Of a stretch of 64,000 nt of DNA, positions 1-13,102 are shown in pieces. The stretch covers positions 28,892,001 through 28,956,000 of the forward strand of contig OX597819.1 in assembly GCA_951406725.2 (NCBI GenBank). Reading direction: 5' to 3'. The notes below the pieces were generated by a model. The model saw only the letters and a program-made list of their open reading frames with translations. It did no database searches and had not been told where the DNA came from. Made by a program: the position numbers and the translations under genes. Positions within the stretch are counted from its first letter, which is position 1; the number at the start of each line of letters is the position of its first letter. The DNA comes from Octopus vulgaris (taxonomy: Eukaryota).

Positions 1-185
1 CCCTCGTTTAAGAAACAGATTGGGTTTATTTACATCTGTGAAGAAAAAAAGATACCTTCCCCCCACCCCTAACCCTAGCCCTAAGAGAGATTGAAATGCA
101 ATAGATCGATTCTAGGGTCATAATTATGGGTGAGAATTTCATATGATACCGCTAGAAAAAACTGCCATTTAAACCAAAAAGACCC
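1..185. mobile_element. Right part of a GGATC-TIR MITE (same family as 12085-12506), cut by the window edge
   Basis: Near-identical to 12321-12506, including ccctaaccctagccctaa. Ends in aaaccaaaaagaccc, the reverse complement of the GGATCTTTTCGGTTT terminal repeat. Confidence 0.8.
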
Positions 186-1095
186 GATAAATCAGTTGTA
201 GTGTGCAAGGGAGAAAACTGTGCCGGTTTGGACCTGTGATACATATGGATAATAACAGGTGTATAAAGAAATGCAGATTAATTAAAATGGGTGGAACTTG
301 CAAAAGAGGGAGACTCAGGAAGACATAACATGTAGCAAAAGCTTATATCAAGATGTTAAGCATCATAAAGGAATTGAAAAAAGACCAAGTAGATTGGTAT
401 TTTGCTGTGCTCGGTAAGACGTAACCATCATCAAAGTAAAGTTTGAAAACATTGGGATTATGCCAATACCCTGCTCTTGCATTCTACTTGTCCCCACCAA
501 GCTTTTCCCATTTCTCATCTTAATAATGCCCATCCCTCCATCTATTTTCTAACATTGGCACTATTCAGCTGCTGTAATCATATGACAGCAGGATCTACAA
601 ATATCTGTTCCCCTTTTTACTACTAGTTACCTCCCCATCTCCCTGGAACCAGTTCCTTAAATTTCTGTTCCTTACTCTCAATATCATCCATTCACATTTA
701 TTTCCCACTGCTCACCCCTTTCTCTGCCTCCACATATCTCTCCCTTTCCACTGATCTACATCGTAAGACTGCCATATCTCATCTATCTCATCTCTCAGTC
801 ACTCTCATACTTGCTTTTACTCTTGTCACCCCCTCATATCTGAAGTTAATTCCCCCCTCTCCTTTGTCTACTACTCATTATAGCCATCACTACATCCTTC
901 TAACCTTTATCTTAGTCCCTGTACTTCTTTCTCTCTCCCTATTTTCTGATCTGCTGACTGGCTTTCCTTATTTCTTGATCTATCTACAGGCTTATTATAC
1001 TGCTACTCTCCACCCCTTTCCAGTACTACCATTTATCACCTCCTCCTTCCTTAGCTATTTTTTAATCATTTCCCACACAATGATATTTACCATTG

Positions 1096-1438
1096 GGAGG
1101 CACAATGGCCCAGTGGTTAGGGCAGCAGACTCGCGGTCGGAGGATCGCGGTTTCGATTCCCAGACTGGGCATTGTGACTGTTTATTGAGCGAAAACACCT
1201 AAAGCTCCACGAGGCTCCGGCAGGGGATGGTGGTGAACCCTGCTGTACTCTTTCATCACAACTTTCTCTCGCTCTTTCTTCCTGTTTCTCTTGTACCTGT
1301 ATTTCAAAGGGCCAGCCTTGTCACACTCTGTGTCACGCTGAATCTCCTCGAGAACTACATGTTAATATCACAAGCAAGCTGTTCCGTTGATCGTATCAGC
1401 TGGGACCCTCATCGTCGCAACTGACGGAGTGCTCCTAC
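1096..1438 (+). mobile_element. tRNA-derived SINE, family C (GGAGGCGCAATGGCCCAGTGG head)
   Basis: A-box tggcccagtgg and B-box ggtttcgattcc. 12-bp TSD tatttaccattg at 1084-1095 and 1439-1450. Paralog at 18581. Confidence 0.9.
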
Positions 1439-1819
1439 TATTTACCATTGACCTCACCAACCTTATATCATTCAGATTAACATCTCCAGTCCCTAATCAT
1501 CTTTCCTCTCACACTGCTAAGAACTGATCCACTCCCACCTCCCCAATGTCGGTTTGTATACTCTCTCACATTCACCTTGTACCTTGAAAGTATGCTCTGA
1601 CACCTCATTGCCAGCACCTCTGTCTTCTTTCCAGCTACTACAACCCACTCCTATATTTAGCTGTATATCTCCTCTATAGCATGACACCTGTACCTATTCA
1701 TCAACCATACTTTAGTCTCTCAACATCTGGCATAAAGTCATTATCTCCCCTACTGCAACCCCATTCAGTTGAGGGGACTTCTGCTTCTCTTCCCCTTCTC
1801 CTCCTCCTTCTTTGTATTG

Positions 1820-2030
1820 CAAGTTACTTGGTGGCCTCACTTATATTGATGTCATAGAAGAGGTACCTAGTACATTCTGTAATGTGGTTAGCATTAGGAA
1901 GGGCATCCAGCTTCAGAAATCATGCCAAAATAGTCACTGAGGCTTCATGAAGACCGTGACTCATTGGACCATGTCAAGCTATCCAACTCATGCCAGCATG
2001 GATGACAGACATTAAATGATGATGATGATA
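1820..2030 (+). mobile_element. RTE-type LINE 3' tail fragment
   Basis: ttaggaagggcatccagc ... catgccagcatgg ... ttaaatgatgatgat, the tail shared by many copies in the window. Confidence 0.75.
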
Positions 2031-2699
2031 ATATATATGGGTTTACATGAGCAAAGCATACTCAATACAGGTGAGAATAGGCATTTATATTACTTGATAT
2101 AGCCCATGTATAGATTAACATTGCATTATTAATAGTTTTATGCCTGAATTAAAAAAACTAGGCAAGCTTTCTTGCTTCAATGGAGGTGGAATGTTATTGA
2201 TCTTATATTGTTTAGCAGCTCCATTGTACATTTTCTTACAACTCTCAAACTGCTAGATATTGGCATTGATGCCTGTCATGCGCATTATGTTTGAGCTCTT
2301 ATAAGGGGCACAATATATTTAAAACCTGGCAGTGATGGGTTGTTTCTCTGTATTGATAATAGTCTGGCTATTTGAAAAAAGAGAAAAATTAGCAAAAAGT
2401 TTAGAGAGGACCAAATAGGACCAGTAAATAGGCATTGAAAAATTTCTGAGGTTTTTGTGGTTTGAGAAAATAGAGAGAAGGGTTGTGAAAAGAAATAATG
2501 GGCACTGGCAAGCAGGAAAGTATTGTGGAGAAAATAATATAGAAGACAAATGAATAAAAGGATGCAATCAAAAATTGTAAACAAAATATGTTTTTGATGA
2601 TCTAGTCCTAGTGTATATTTCCATACTTTTAGCAAATAGTTACTGAAGTGGCAGCATTTCATAAGGAATTCTGATTGTATTTAGATAATGCACAAAATA

Positions 2700-3420
2700 A
2701 TTGATATTATTCAATATGAGTCTCTTTTCAACTGAACATAAATTGCATCCTTTTGTATCATTGATATAATCTACTCTGCTCCAAGATTTTCCAGTTGATG
2801 TCAAAATCAGTATCCTGCATTTTTAAAAATCAATGATACTCAGTAATTTTGTTGTGTCCCTAATCATTCTGTATCTAAAGGGTGATGTGTGGGTGAAGTA
2901 ACGATGCTTACACTTACCTTCAACCATGTCAATGCAGTGTTTATACTTTGTGGTAGGGTTCTGTTTTGTAGAATTGGATGCTCCATCATATATTGTCATC
3001 TTAGCATTGCATGACTAATTGAGTGACCATGCATTGGTGCTTCTGCATTTGAACTTAACTTCTGTTTATTTAGTTAACTTTTGTTATAATATTTTAATAA
3101 TGAGTTAACTCATATTAGGCAGTTTTTCTTGAGCAGTTTTCTATAATGATGGTTAATGGAAAAATGTTTGATAACATTTGACATAGAATTTCTGGAAAAA
3201 AAATGTATGGCTAAGATAGATGATTTTGCAGGGTCTGTTCTCAGTGTTGGTGGACTGTGATTTTAAGGTGTAAGTAATACCATGCATAAATCTGCTTGCA
3301 GCTAAAGTAATATTGTTGAAGACTTATTTGTTAGTTGAGAAGTTGGAGTTTATGATAATGTTACTGGTAGCAAGAACTGATATTGATGTATGGTATTAAT
3401 GTATGATAAGTTTATGCTAC
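2700..3420 (-). pseudogene. Decayed Penelope-like element ORF (GIY-YIG endonuclease, probably with adjoining RT C-terminus)
   Basis: Minus-strand translation of ~2945-2715 gives CIDMVEGKCKHRYFTHTSPFRY...TTKL, DTDFDINWKILEQ and KGCNLCSVEKRLI. This matches the PLE GIY-YIG pattern (YIG.TE..FK.Ry..H..sF / I.WkIl / CnLC..EK). Stops and frameshifts present. Confidence 0.75.
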
Positions 3421-4524
3421 TCCTAAAATGAAATCTCCCCCACTATGTACCACATTCCTCAACAATATAGCTGAGGAAAAATACATCAAAGCAGTATTCT
3501 GCATACTGAATATAACTTTGGTAGGATCTGACATATATAATACAGTACATGTAAAACCTTTGATCAACTGATATCATTAAGCAGTTATTAGAAAAAATTC
3601 ACTTTAGTGTGCTTAAAATCCAATAACAACACTCATAATTAGTGTTACTGCATTCCTCCCTTTCTACATATATTGAATACTATTTCCAACTGAGCAGAAA
3701 GTGTATGTTCATGTGTACATGCACACACTTACACACACATACACGCATGCATACCAATATATACACACATATCTATGACTGTTTTCTCTTTGATTTCTGT
3801 ATGATGCAGTATGTGTGACATTGCTACACTCTTGTCTTTTTCAGCTGATTATGTCTGTATATATCTTACACTACCTTGCACCACTACTTTTAAATGGAAA
3901 GTTATTTTCCACAAAGAATTACCTTTCCTCTGAAACATCTCTCAATTACAAACTATACTCTAGAGATTCCAGAATCATTTTTACTTCTCTTTTCATGAAA
4001 TATCTTGCAAGTTAATAATTTCTGAAGGGAGGAAAAAAAAAAAAAAGAACTTTCTAGCATTGAAAGTGAAAGCTTTGTGTCAAGTTGTGGTTGGCTTGAG
4101 CATTTCAACAGTCCTTCAAAATAGCATAACATATAGATAACAAGTCGAGTTTGTACGTTCCAACAAAGAAGCTGTGGCTGCTTTTCTAGCTTTGCTGAAA
4201 AATATTATTGATGGAGGAGGATACACAATGCAGCATAATTTTAATGTTGGTAAGACAAACTTATTTTGGAAACAAATGCCAAAACCAGTTTACCTTTCTA
4301 AAGAAGAAAAAAATTGCACTAAATTTCAGAGCTGCCAAAGATTCTACGACTGTCCTACTTGGTGGTAGCATTTTAGGAAAACTAAAACTCAATCTGCTGA
4401 CTGTTTATCATACAAAGGTACCAGAAGCTATGGAAAGCTACTGTAAATCTTGTCCTCCTGTTATAGAGTGATAAAATAAAGGGGGCGTTTGTGTTTCTGC
4501 TCTGCTGCCAAATAATATATGTAC

Positions 4525-4877
4525 TCTTTACTCTTTTTTTTACTCTTTTATTTGTTTCAATCAGTTGACTGTGGCCATGCTGGAGCACCACCTTTAGTCG
4601 AGCAAATCAACCCCGGGACTTATTCATTGTAAGCCCAGTACTTATTCTATCAGTCTCTTTTGCCAAACCGCTAAGTGACGGGGACGTAAACACACAAGCA
4701 TCGGTTGTCAAGCAATGCTAGGGGGACAAACACAGACACACAAACACACACACACATACATATATATATATACATATATATGACAGGCTTCTTTCAGTTT
4801 CCATCTACCAAATCCACTCACTAGGCATTGGTCGGCCCGGGGCTATAGCAGAAGACAATTGTCCAAGATGCCACTGG
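4525..4877 (-). mobile_element. tRNA-derived SINE family A, 5'-truncated
   Basis: Reverse complement of the family A body (gactgtggccatgctggagcacc ... ccaaatccactcac). Confidence 0.85.
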
Positions 4878-5226
4878 TTAAGAACCTTAAAAAATAAATT
4901 CTTAATTCATGTGAACAGTACTCCATGTTTTCCATTATTACTGAATGAATTGGTATATGATGTTCAGGTAGCTTTTCTACTTCCAAATACTGGCTGGGCC
5001 AAAAGTTACGCACCAAAACAGTTGATGTTTTATATTACATTATTATTTTTTTCATAAATTTGTTTTGCAAGATTCCTGATGTGAAATCGTGTGTTGAAAC
5101 AGATATTGCTATATTTCAGGATGGCCATTCTTTTTGCTTTCTTTTTCTTTTTGACAAATAAACACATGCATTATATATTCGTTCTTCACTTGTTTATTAT
5201 TGTTCTTATTTTATCTTATGTCCATT

Positions 5227-5269
5227 GTCTGGAACTCTTTTGTCACACATCTGTGACCTCTTCAGTGAC
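5227..5269 (-). ncRNA. Degenerate hammerhead ribozyme within a PLE-like repeat (~5055-5320)
   Basis: Reverse complement reads gtca CTGAAGA g gtcaca-gatg-tgtgac AAAA gagttc cagac: perfect 6-bp stem II, with GAAA changed to AAAA. Confidence 0.55.
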
Positions 5270-5358
5270 TTCCATCCCATGTATCTCCTGTTCTGATTAG
5301 TTCATTTTTTTCTTTCTGTGATGTGTATCCTTATCATCATTAAAATTATGTGCAATAT

Positions 5359-5530
5359 AGGTGCAGGAGTGACTATGTGGTAAGTAGCTTGCTTACCAAC
5401 CACATAGTTCCGGGTTCAGTCCTACTGCATGGCACCTTGGGCAAGTGTCTTCTTCTATAGCCTCGGGCTGACCAAAGCCTTGTGAGTGGACTTAGTAGAT
5501 GGAAACTGAAAGAAGCCTGTCGTGTATATG

Positions 5531-5618
<88 letters not shown>

Positions 5619-5786
5619 TGTGTGTCTGTGTGTCTCCTCAACATCACTTGACAACCGATGCTGGTGTGTTTATGTTCCCGTAACTTAGCGGTTCGGCAAA
5701 AGAGACCGATAGAATAAGTACTAGGCTTACAAAGGCAGTGCTCCAGCACGGCCGCAGTCAAATAACTGAAACAAGTAAAAGAGTAA
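5359..5786 (+). mobile_element. SINE family A (GGTGCAGGAGTGGCTGTGTGGTAAG head, internal (TA)(TG)n, GTAAAAGA tail)
   Basis: tRNA-like A/B boxes (tgtggtaag / gggttcagtcc), central microsatellite and conserved 3' body. Confidence 0.9.
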
Positions 5787-6579
5787 TACACATACTGAGT
5801 TTAAATCATGGTGTGTGACTTTTGGCCCACCCCGTATTACCAATGTTATGCAGCTAATGAGCAAGGGGTTATTTACAGCATTCAAAGCTCACTTTTTTAT
5901 AGCGTACTTTTAAATAACTGATTAGTTCTTAGATAGTGAAACAAAACTAGCTGTAAAGAAATTTTGGCATAGTTACCATATTGTGATTGAAATTGAAAAT
6001 TTGACAGAGGCATAGGGAGAGGTAAAAGACAACCAACGATAATGAATCGGAGTAAAATCTGTCCTAATTGCTATGTAGGCTTTGTAGGTTTTGAGGAATC
6101 AACACAAAATTCCAGTCAAGAACATCATGTTAAACTGGCATGCTGGGTTGGAATGAACAAAATATATGAAAATATAGTGGAATTACATGGTGGAGAAATA
6201 TCTAATGATAGAGACATCAGGGGGATGGAACAGCACCATACTGAAGATCACCACAAATTTCAAAAGCTGAAAATTTGTCTGAGGTTATTTGGTTTTCATA
6301 TAAAAATAAGGCCATTTTTGTCAGAAGATTAAAAAAAAAAAAATTTTTATGAGAGAAAATTTCAAAAAGCAAACATTAATAATGAAGGTATACAGCTACT
6401 ACAAGGAATAAATAAAAAAAGCAGAGGAAAAAACAATGAAATCAGACATTGGATGAAGAATGCTTGGCTGAAATCTTGAAGTCATAGTTAACTATTCCTT
6501 TGTTAAAATTATATGTGCATGTGTGTACACACACACACACACACATGCATGCACATGCATACATACATATGTACATACC

Positions 6580-6845
6580 CCGTGCCGGTGACACGTAAAA
6601 GCACCATCCGTTCGTGGCCGTCTGCCAGCTCTGTCTGGCACCTGTGCGGGTGGCACGTAAAAAGCACCCACTACACTCACGGAGTGGTTGGCGTTAGGAA
6701 GGGCATCAAGCCGTAGAAACACTGCCAGATCTGACTGGGCCTGATGAAGCCTTCCAGCTTCACAGACCCCAGTTGAACCGTCCAACCCATGCTAGCATGG
6801 AAAACGGATGCCAAATGATGATGATGATGATGATGATGATGATAT
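6580..6845 (+). mobile_element. RTE LINE 3' UTR/tail copy
   Basis: gtgccggtgacacgtaaaagcacc units followed by ccaacccatgctagcatggaaaacgg and (GAT)n. Confidence 0.8.
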
Positions 6846-7308
6846 CTACATACATATACATATATATACATACATAATACACACACACATACACGTATGT
6901 GTGTGTCTTTTTGTGTGTATGGATTGTCTTTCATTTGCTAATTTCTCATCTATTGTCACAGGTCCATAAATGATTGCAGTGCCAAGGAAACTGACATAAA
7001 AGTGTAATTTGTTCTGTAAAATGGGAAGAAATCCAAAGATAAAGTATTTTTTACATCTTGCAGCTTTGCATTTCCTTCTCAATCACCATCCTACTGTCCA
7101 ATGATAGTGGGGTTTCTGCTCTTTTTAGGGCTTCAGGATTTCACTATAACCCTGGCAGGGTGGCTAACAGGTGCCCTGCCTTGTCAAAAATTACCATGTG
7201 ATTTTATCCAGGATTGCTTATTAAAGATTTGCAGCTAATCTGTTTATCTACAGGCCAATTCCCCTATCTGCAAACTGGGGACTGATGGATGAAAGTTATC
7301 ATCATTAA

Positions 7309-7527
7309 CCCTTTAGCGTTCAGGTTAATTTGTCCAAAGTAATCCTTATTTATTTAGATTTAAAAAAATTTATCTAATATTATTTTGTACCTTCAAGATA
7401 GGAAAGATGTAATTGCTATTTTTAGAGTGACATTGCATGGTAGGTGTGAGATGCATGTTCTGGCCAGTTTGAGCATAAAATGTGTAGAATATTTGGGCCG
7501 GATACAGCCAGTTTAAACACTAAAGGG
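7309..7527. mobile_element. piggyBac-type MITE
   Basis: TTAA|CCCTTTAG ... CTAAAGGG|TTAA. Paralog at 37149-37368. Confidence 0.85.
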
Positions 7528-7559
7528 TTAAAGAAGGAACAAGCAGTGACCACAAAACT

Positions 7560-9310
7560 GTCACATCAAAATTTTGTCTTAACCTTAGAGCTAAAATAAA
7601 ACCACATAATTCTCTAGGCCCACATGTGACTGGTCAGTTTTAACCAGCAACAGAGAAATCTGCAATCAATATACCATAGCAGTAAGAAATAGATTTGAGC
7701 TATGACAAAATGAAGATAAAGAAAACTTCTCCAACACCGCATACAATAATTTTGTAATGTTTTATACAGAAGTTGCAAAAGAGATCATGCCCATAAAACC
7801 AAGAATTAATAAACAGCTACCCTGGAAAAACACCTCAGAGAAGTAGTTCAAGCTAAAATTATACATCCAAATGAAGCCAATTTCAAAAGGTTAGCAAAAG
7901 AACTTGTGGACCTATACCAATTTCAACAACAAAGCTACATCCAAAGTAAAATAAATCAAATTAAACATGCTGCAGCAAACAGACATCACTATCCAAGAAG
8001 ACTGTAAATGAAATAAGTGGATGCAAAAGTTCCAGAAAGTTAAAAATTAGAGCTAAAAATCCACAGGAATGCTTAGAAAAGTGGATGAATCGTTTTCAAA
8101 ATTTGATTGTGAATATACTTTCAGTGTCTGATACAGATCAACATCAATTATTGACCATGTCTTTGATATAACTGGTGCTTTCGTCATTGATGAATTGAAA
8201 GAAACTGTTAAAAGCATCAAAAACTGAAACGATGCAGGACTGGATAACATTCCACCTGAAGTCTGGAAAAAAGGAGAATTCAATGGTATTCTGTTAAGTT
8301 GCTGCAATACAGACTACAAATGTGGCAACATTGGCAAATGGACAGAAGGCAGCATAGTCCCATTTCCAAAGGGAAGTGATTTGAATCTCACAAAGAACAA
8401 CAGAGACATCACTTTTACAGCCATCACCACAGAAATTTATATTTCACTTCTCAACAGCATACAAAATGAAATTGAAAAAGATTTGAGAAGAAATTAAAAT
8501 GACTTTAGAAAAAAGTAGACCAACTATAGGACAAATACTTCCTGTCTGTCATCTAGTGAAAGGAGTAAAACCCAGAAATTTTGAAGAGGTATTACTGCTT
8601 GCCAAATCCTCAAAGGCTTTTGGTTCCATCCACTGTGGTAAAATGGAAAAAAATACTACTGGCCTATGGTATCCCTCAAGAAAGAACAGCAGCAATAATG
8701 ATGCTCTATAACAACATCAAATCAATGGTAAGTTTTCCAGGTAGAGATGCAAGTTTCTTTGACATCAAAGCCAGAGTACTCTCAGGGAATACACTGGCAC
8801 CCTTTTCTCTTTGTGATCACACTGGATTATGTCCTCGAATCATCGCTCGACAATCTAAACAGTCTCAGTTTCATACATATGAAAAGAAGATTGATCGAAC
8901 ATTCTGCTCAAAATTGTAACTGATGTAGACTATGGGGATGATTTAGCTTTGCAATTATTTCAGAGTCTAGAATTAGCTGCACATGATGTTGGACTACTTG
9001 TTTCTCCTAGTAAGAACCAACTGCCAACATCAGTAGAGACCCCCACCAATTAAGTTGATGATTTCAAGTACTTCAGTTCTGAGATAGTTTCGACTGAAAA
9101 GGATGTAAAATCTAAGACAGCCAAAACAGAGGAGGCCTTAAACAAACTAGATATTTTGTCTGGAAATCAACCCTGTCAGACAACCGTAAGAGGAATTTTT
9201 CCATGCAATGGCAGAGTCAGTCTTTTTATATGGAACAATAGCCTGGACACTTACCAAAAATCTAGAATGCAAGTTAGATGGAACTGACACCACGAGCATG
9301 TATTTTGGGT
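7560..9310 (+). pseudogene. Decayed RTE-clade LINE ORF2 (reverse transcriptase)
   Basis: AGLDNIPPEVWK, IVPFPKGSDL, GNTLAP, DVDYGDDLAL, DDFKYFSS and FLYGTIAWTLTKNLECKLDG motifs with many stops and frameshifts. Confidence 0.85.
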
Positions 9311-9775
9311 GTGCTAGGTGTGCATTGCACACCCATCGAATATGGCAAATTCATTATAAATATTAACCTTACTCATTAATGTAATCACAAATCTTAATGT
9401 GAAACTTTTGTTATACGACTGCTTGAAATTTGGTGACATTGGGTGCTCAAAAATTTTGAGCATTCTATTACATAATGCACAGCTGTGCTGGCTGGCCAAA
9501 GGAATAGGTGCCACAGAGAATGAAGAGAATGAAGCATGAGAAGATTAGGAGAAGGATTAGAAGGAAAATGAACTAGTGGAGAATGAGGGAGTGTTGCTTT
9601 TTCGTGTGTGGTTTGTGGGAGGAGGTGGTTGAGTTGTGTGGGCCTGGTCAGCCTTCAGAGAACTCACAGGAATCAGCCTGTGATAAATTGTGACTTGGCT
9701 ATTGTTCACAACAGAACATGTGCAACGTGTGGAAAGGAGTGCCTCTCAGTTGAAAAAGCATGTCAAAAGAGTTCA

Positions 9776-9780
9776 TATAT

Positions 9781-9865
<85 letters not shown>

Positions 9866-9945
9866 CTTACATACATACATACATATATATATATACTTAC
9901 ATACATACATACATATATATATATACTTACATACATACATATATT
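9776..9945. repeat. Compound microsatellite (TA)n(CA)n plus a short higher-order unit
   Basis: Three copies of tatatacttacatacatacatac embedded in (TA)n. Confidence 0.85.
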
Positions 9946-10310
9946 CTATCTTGTAATTGTTTCAGTCATTAGACTGTGGCCATACTGGGTCACTGCCTTG
10001 AAGAATCAACTCATTACTTATTTTTTAAAGCTTTCTATCGATGTCTTTTACTGAACTGCTAGGTTACAGGGACGTAAACACACCAATATGCTCTGTCAAG
10101 CAGTGAGGTGGGGACAAATACAGACACAAACACACACACATATGTTTATATATAGTATGGGCTTCCTTCGGTTTCTGTCTACCAAATCCACTCAACATGG
10201 CTTTGGTCAACCTGACGCTATAGTAGAAAACACTTGCCCAAGGTGCCATACAGTGGGACTGAACCAGGAACCGTGTACTTGAAAAGGAAGCTTCTTACCA
10301 CACAGTCATG
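9945..10310 (-). mobile_element. SINE family A, diverged
   Basis: Reverse-complement family A body and head. Confidence 0.8.
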
Positions 10311-10719
10311 CATATATACACATCATCATCACTGTTTCAGCATCAAATTTTTCATGCTTGCATTGGTGGGATGGAATTTGCTGAAACAAATCTTCTATGG
10401 TCAGATGACCTTTCTGTTTCCAAGTAAACTAATATCTCTCCAGAGCCAGATGTTTCCATGGAAGGTTGCAAATGGCATCCATTTACAACAGTCACAAGAT
10501 GTCACAACAAAGACACACACACACACATTCGCACAGTAGTTTTTATTTCAGTTTCTGTCTACCAAAATCCACCTGCAAGACTTTGGTCAACCTGGGGTTA
10601 TAGTAGAAGATATTTGTCTTAGGTGTCAGTCAGAGGGTCTGAATCCAAAACTAATGGTTGGGAAGCAAATTCTTAACCACAAAGCCGTGCCTATACCTAT
10701 ATGTATAACTCTGCAGTGT

Positions 10720-10721
10720 TA

Positions 10722-10784
<63 letters not shown>

Positions 10785-10899
10785 ATATATATATATCTGT
10801 GTGTGTATGTGTGTGTGCTTGTGTGAGCATGTGTGCATGTAACTGTGTGTGTGTGTATGTATATGAGTGTGTGTGTATGTATGTATATATGTATATGTG

Positions 10900-10930
<31 letters not shown>

Positions 10931-11075
10931 ATATATCTGTGTGTGTGTGTGCCTGTGTGATCATGTGTGCATGTAACTGTGTGTGTGTGTATGTATATGA
11001 GTGTGTGTGTATGTATGTATATATATATATATGTGTGTGTGTATATATCTATATATAGATGCATGTGTGTGCATA

Positions 11076-11123
<48 letters not shown>

Positions 11124-11440
11124 TATAACACTACAGAGGGATGTAAATACCAGGAAAAGAAAGGAACTGCACGACCTGAAATCGATTGATGGTTGAAGCC
11201 TTTATATTTCAGTGATGTTGCTCATACCCAATGAGAAATATAGCTTATCGAAACTCTCCTTCTTCATCCCATAAAATCAATGGAATCTATAATCCATTGA
11301 TGAACAACTCTTGTTATTAAAAGTCACGTATTTGAATCTATTTAGTACCCTTGAACATGTTGTAGATAAATAGTCATTCTTTCAATTGTATGATTGTGTG
11401 TGTGCATGCATATATGTATATATGCATATGTGTGTGTGTA

Positions 11441-11518
<78 letters not shown>

Positions 11519-11684
11519 TGTATGTGCATATTTATATATATGCATATGTATTCATATACATGCGTATGTATGAATATATGTATGTATGTGTGTGTGTGTA
11601 TATATATATATGTATATGTGTGTATGCATATATATATATGCATATATATATGTATGTATATGTTTCTATGCATATATATATGTA

Positions 11685-11747
<63 letters not shown>

Positions 11748-11850
11748 GTATATGCAAATGTATGTAGGAATGTATGTCAATGGTCATGTGCATGGTGAAC
11801 AGTGTATATGTATATTGTTATATCTATATATATATGCATACCCATGAAAG
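10720..11850. repeat. Compound (TA)n/(TG)n microsatellite block
   Basis: Direct inspection; contains an internal duplicated unit (gtgcatgtaactgtgtg...) and a unique insert at ~11120-11385. Confidence 0.9.
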
Positions 11851-12084
11851 CATATGCTTGTTGGAATCTATGCATTTTTCACTCATACATACCTAAATAG
11901 GATAAAATATTTAGGGAGAAATAAAGAAATATAGTTTCTCAGTATGTTTGACAATATGAGGTGCGTTCAAAAAGTATTTGACTTTATATTTTCCCACCAA
12001 AATTAATGCTGCATGTGCCAAACCCTTTGGGTGAGAGGTGATGCCACCCTTCCTGCACCAGTGGGCTGAGTCATTTTACAGCTG

Positions 12085-12506
12085 GGATCTTTTCTGTTTG
12101 GATGGCAGTTTTTAACATAATTTCTAGGTAACTAAAAGATTTTAAACTTCGTATACTGGTAGAATGTGTTTATAAAACATCTTTTTCTCTTGGCTTTATT
12201 AAGAAAATTCTATAGTTTGTAAGATATTTGTTGTTTTTTTTCTTCAATTTCTGCAATTTCAACCAATCAATGACGTCTGTTGAGGTAAAAAAAAAACCTT
12301 TCTGTGCCGTATGAATATGTCCCTCGTTTAAGAAAGAGATTGGGTTTATTTACATTTGTGAAGAAAAAAAGATACCCTTCCCCCCACCCCTAACCCTAGC
12401 CCTAAGAGAGATTGAAATGCAATAGATCGATTCTAGGGTCATAATTATGGGTGACAATTTCATATGACACCGCTAGAAAAAACTGTTGTTCAAACCGAAA
12501 AGATCC
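12085..12506. mobile_element. Complete 422-bp MITE with 8-bp TSD (Merlin- or hAT-like)
   Basis: TIR GGATCTTTTC(T/G)GTTTG ... CAAACCGAAAAGATCC. Exact TSD TACAGCTG at 12077-12084 and 12507-12514. Confidence 0.9.
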
Positions 12507-13102
12507 TACAGCTGTTATGTATAGTGAACAGATGTGTAGTGTGCACTCATTGGTTTATCGTGTTCATGCAAGATAACTGAACACATCAAGCAGAGCCTTA
12601 AACCCACGTCCCATCATCATTGATGATTGTCTTCATAAAGTCTGGGTTGTAATTTACACAGTCCAACATATCTTGCAGTTTCCATGTGGTTGTTACTTCT
12701 GCTGCTCAACCAGCACCTTGGGAATAAATTTCGCTGACATTCTTCACATGCACATATCCTCAGTTAAAATGGAATGCACTGATCCTGTGCTTATTCACAC
12801 TTTGTGAACAATTTCCTGGATTATTACTCAATGGTCTTCCACAACTGTTTGCTGAACCTCATCAACTGGCTCCTTCTTTTGGCTTGTGGATGGTCTGCCT
12901 GAACAAGTCTTGCCCTCCACTGAAGTGCAGCTATGTTTGAAGTAGTTGTATGACTCCTTGATCTGAGTTTTGCCCTTGGCATCATTGCCAAAAGCCTGCT
13001 GAATTGTTTGAGCTTGAGTATCACCAAGCTTTTAGCAAAACTTGATGCAATGTCTCAGTTCAGTACACTTGGTGAATACAAAATCCGACGACCATGCACT
13101 AT

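Larger units (their letters stand above)
4990..5834. mobile_element. Tc1/mariner-type MITE with nested insertions
   Basis: TIRs c(t)ggctgggccaaaagttacgcacca and tggtgtgtgacttttggcccaccccg, each flanked by TA. Confidence 0.7.
4050..6480 (+). mobile_element. Decayed pogo/Tigger DNA transposon, interrupted by a SINE and a MITE
   Basis: FVSSCGWLEHF, NIIDGGGYTMQHNFNVGKTNLFWKQMP and AAKDSTTVLLGGS...KLKL motifs. Continues after 5835 with KGLFTAFKAHF and KICPNCYVGFVGFE. Confidence 0.8.

Noticed and set aside
67-85. Telomere or chromosome end (CCCTAA)
   Set aside because: Only about three units, internal to a MITE that recurs at 12085-12506.
480-1800. Pyrimidine-rich region with hydrophobic ORFs
   Set aside because: No coding signal; probably an antisense decayed LINE fragment, but no motif could be confirmed.
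11145-11260. Two GAAA-containing HHR-like fragments in an insert between (TA)n tracts
   Set aside because: No intact CUGANGA box; may be decayed but is not supportable.
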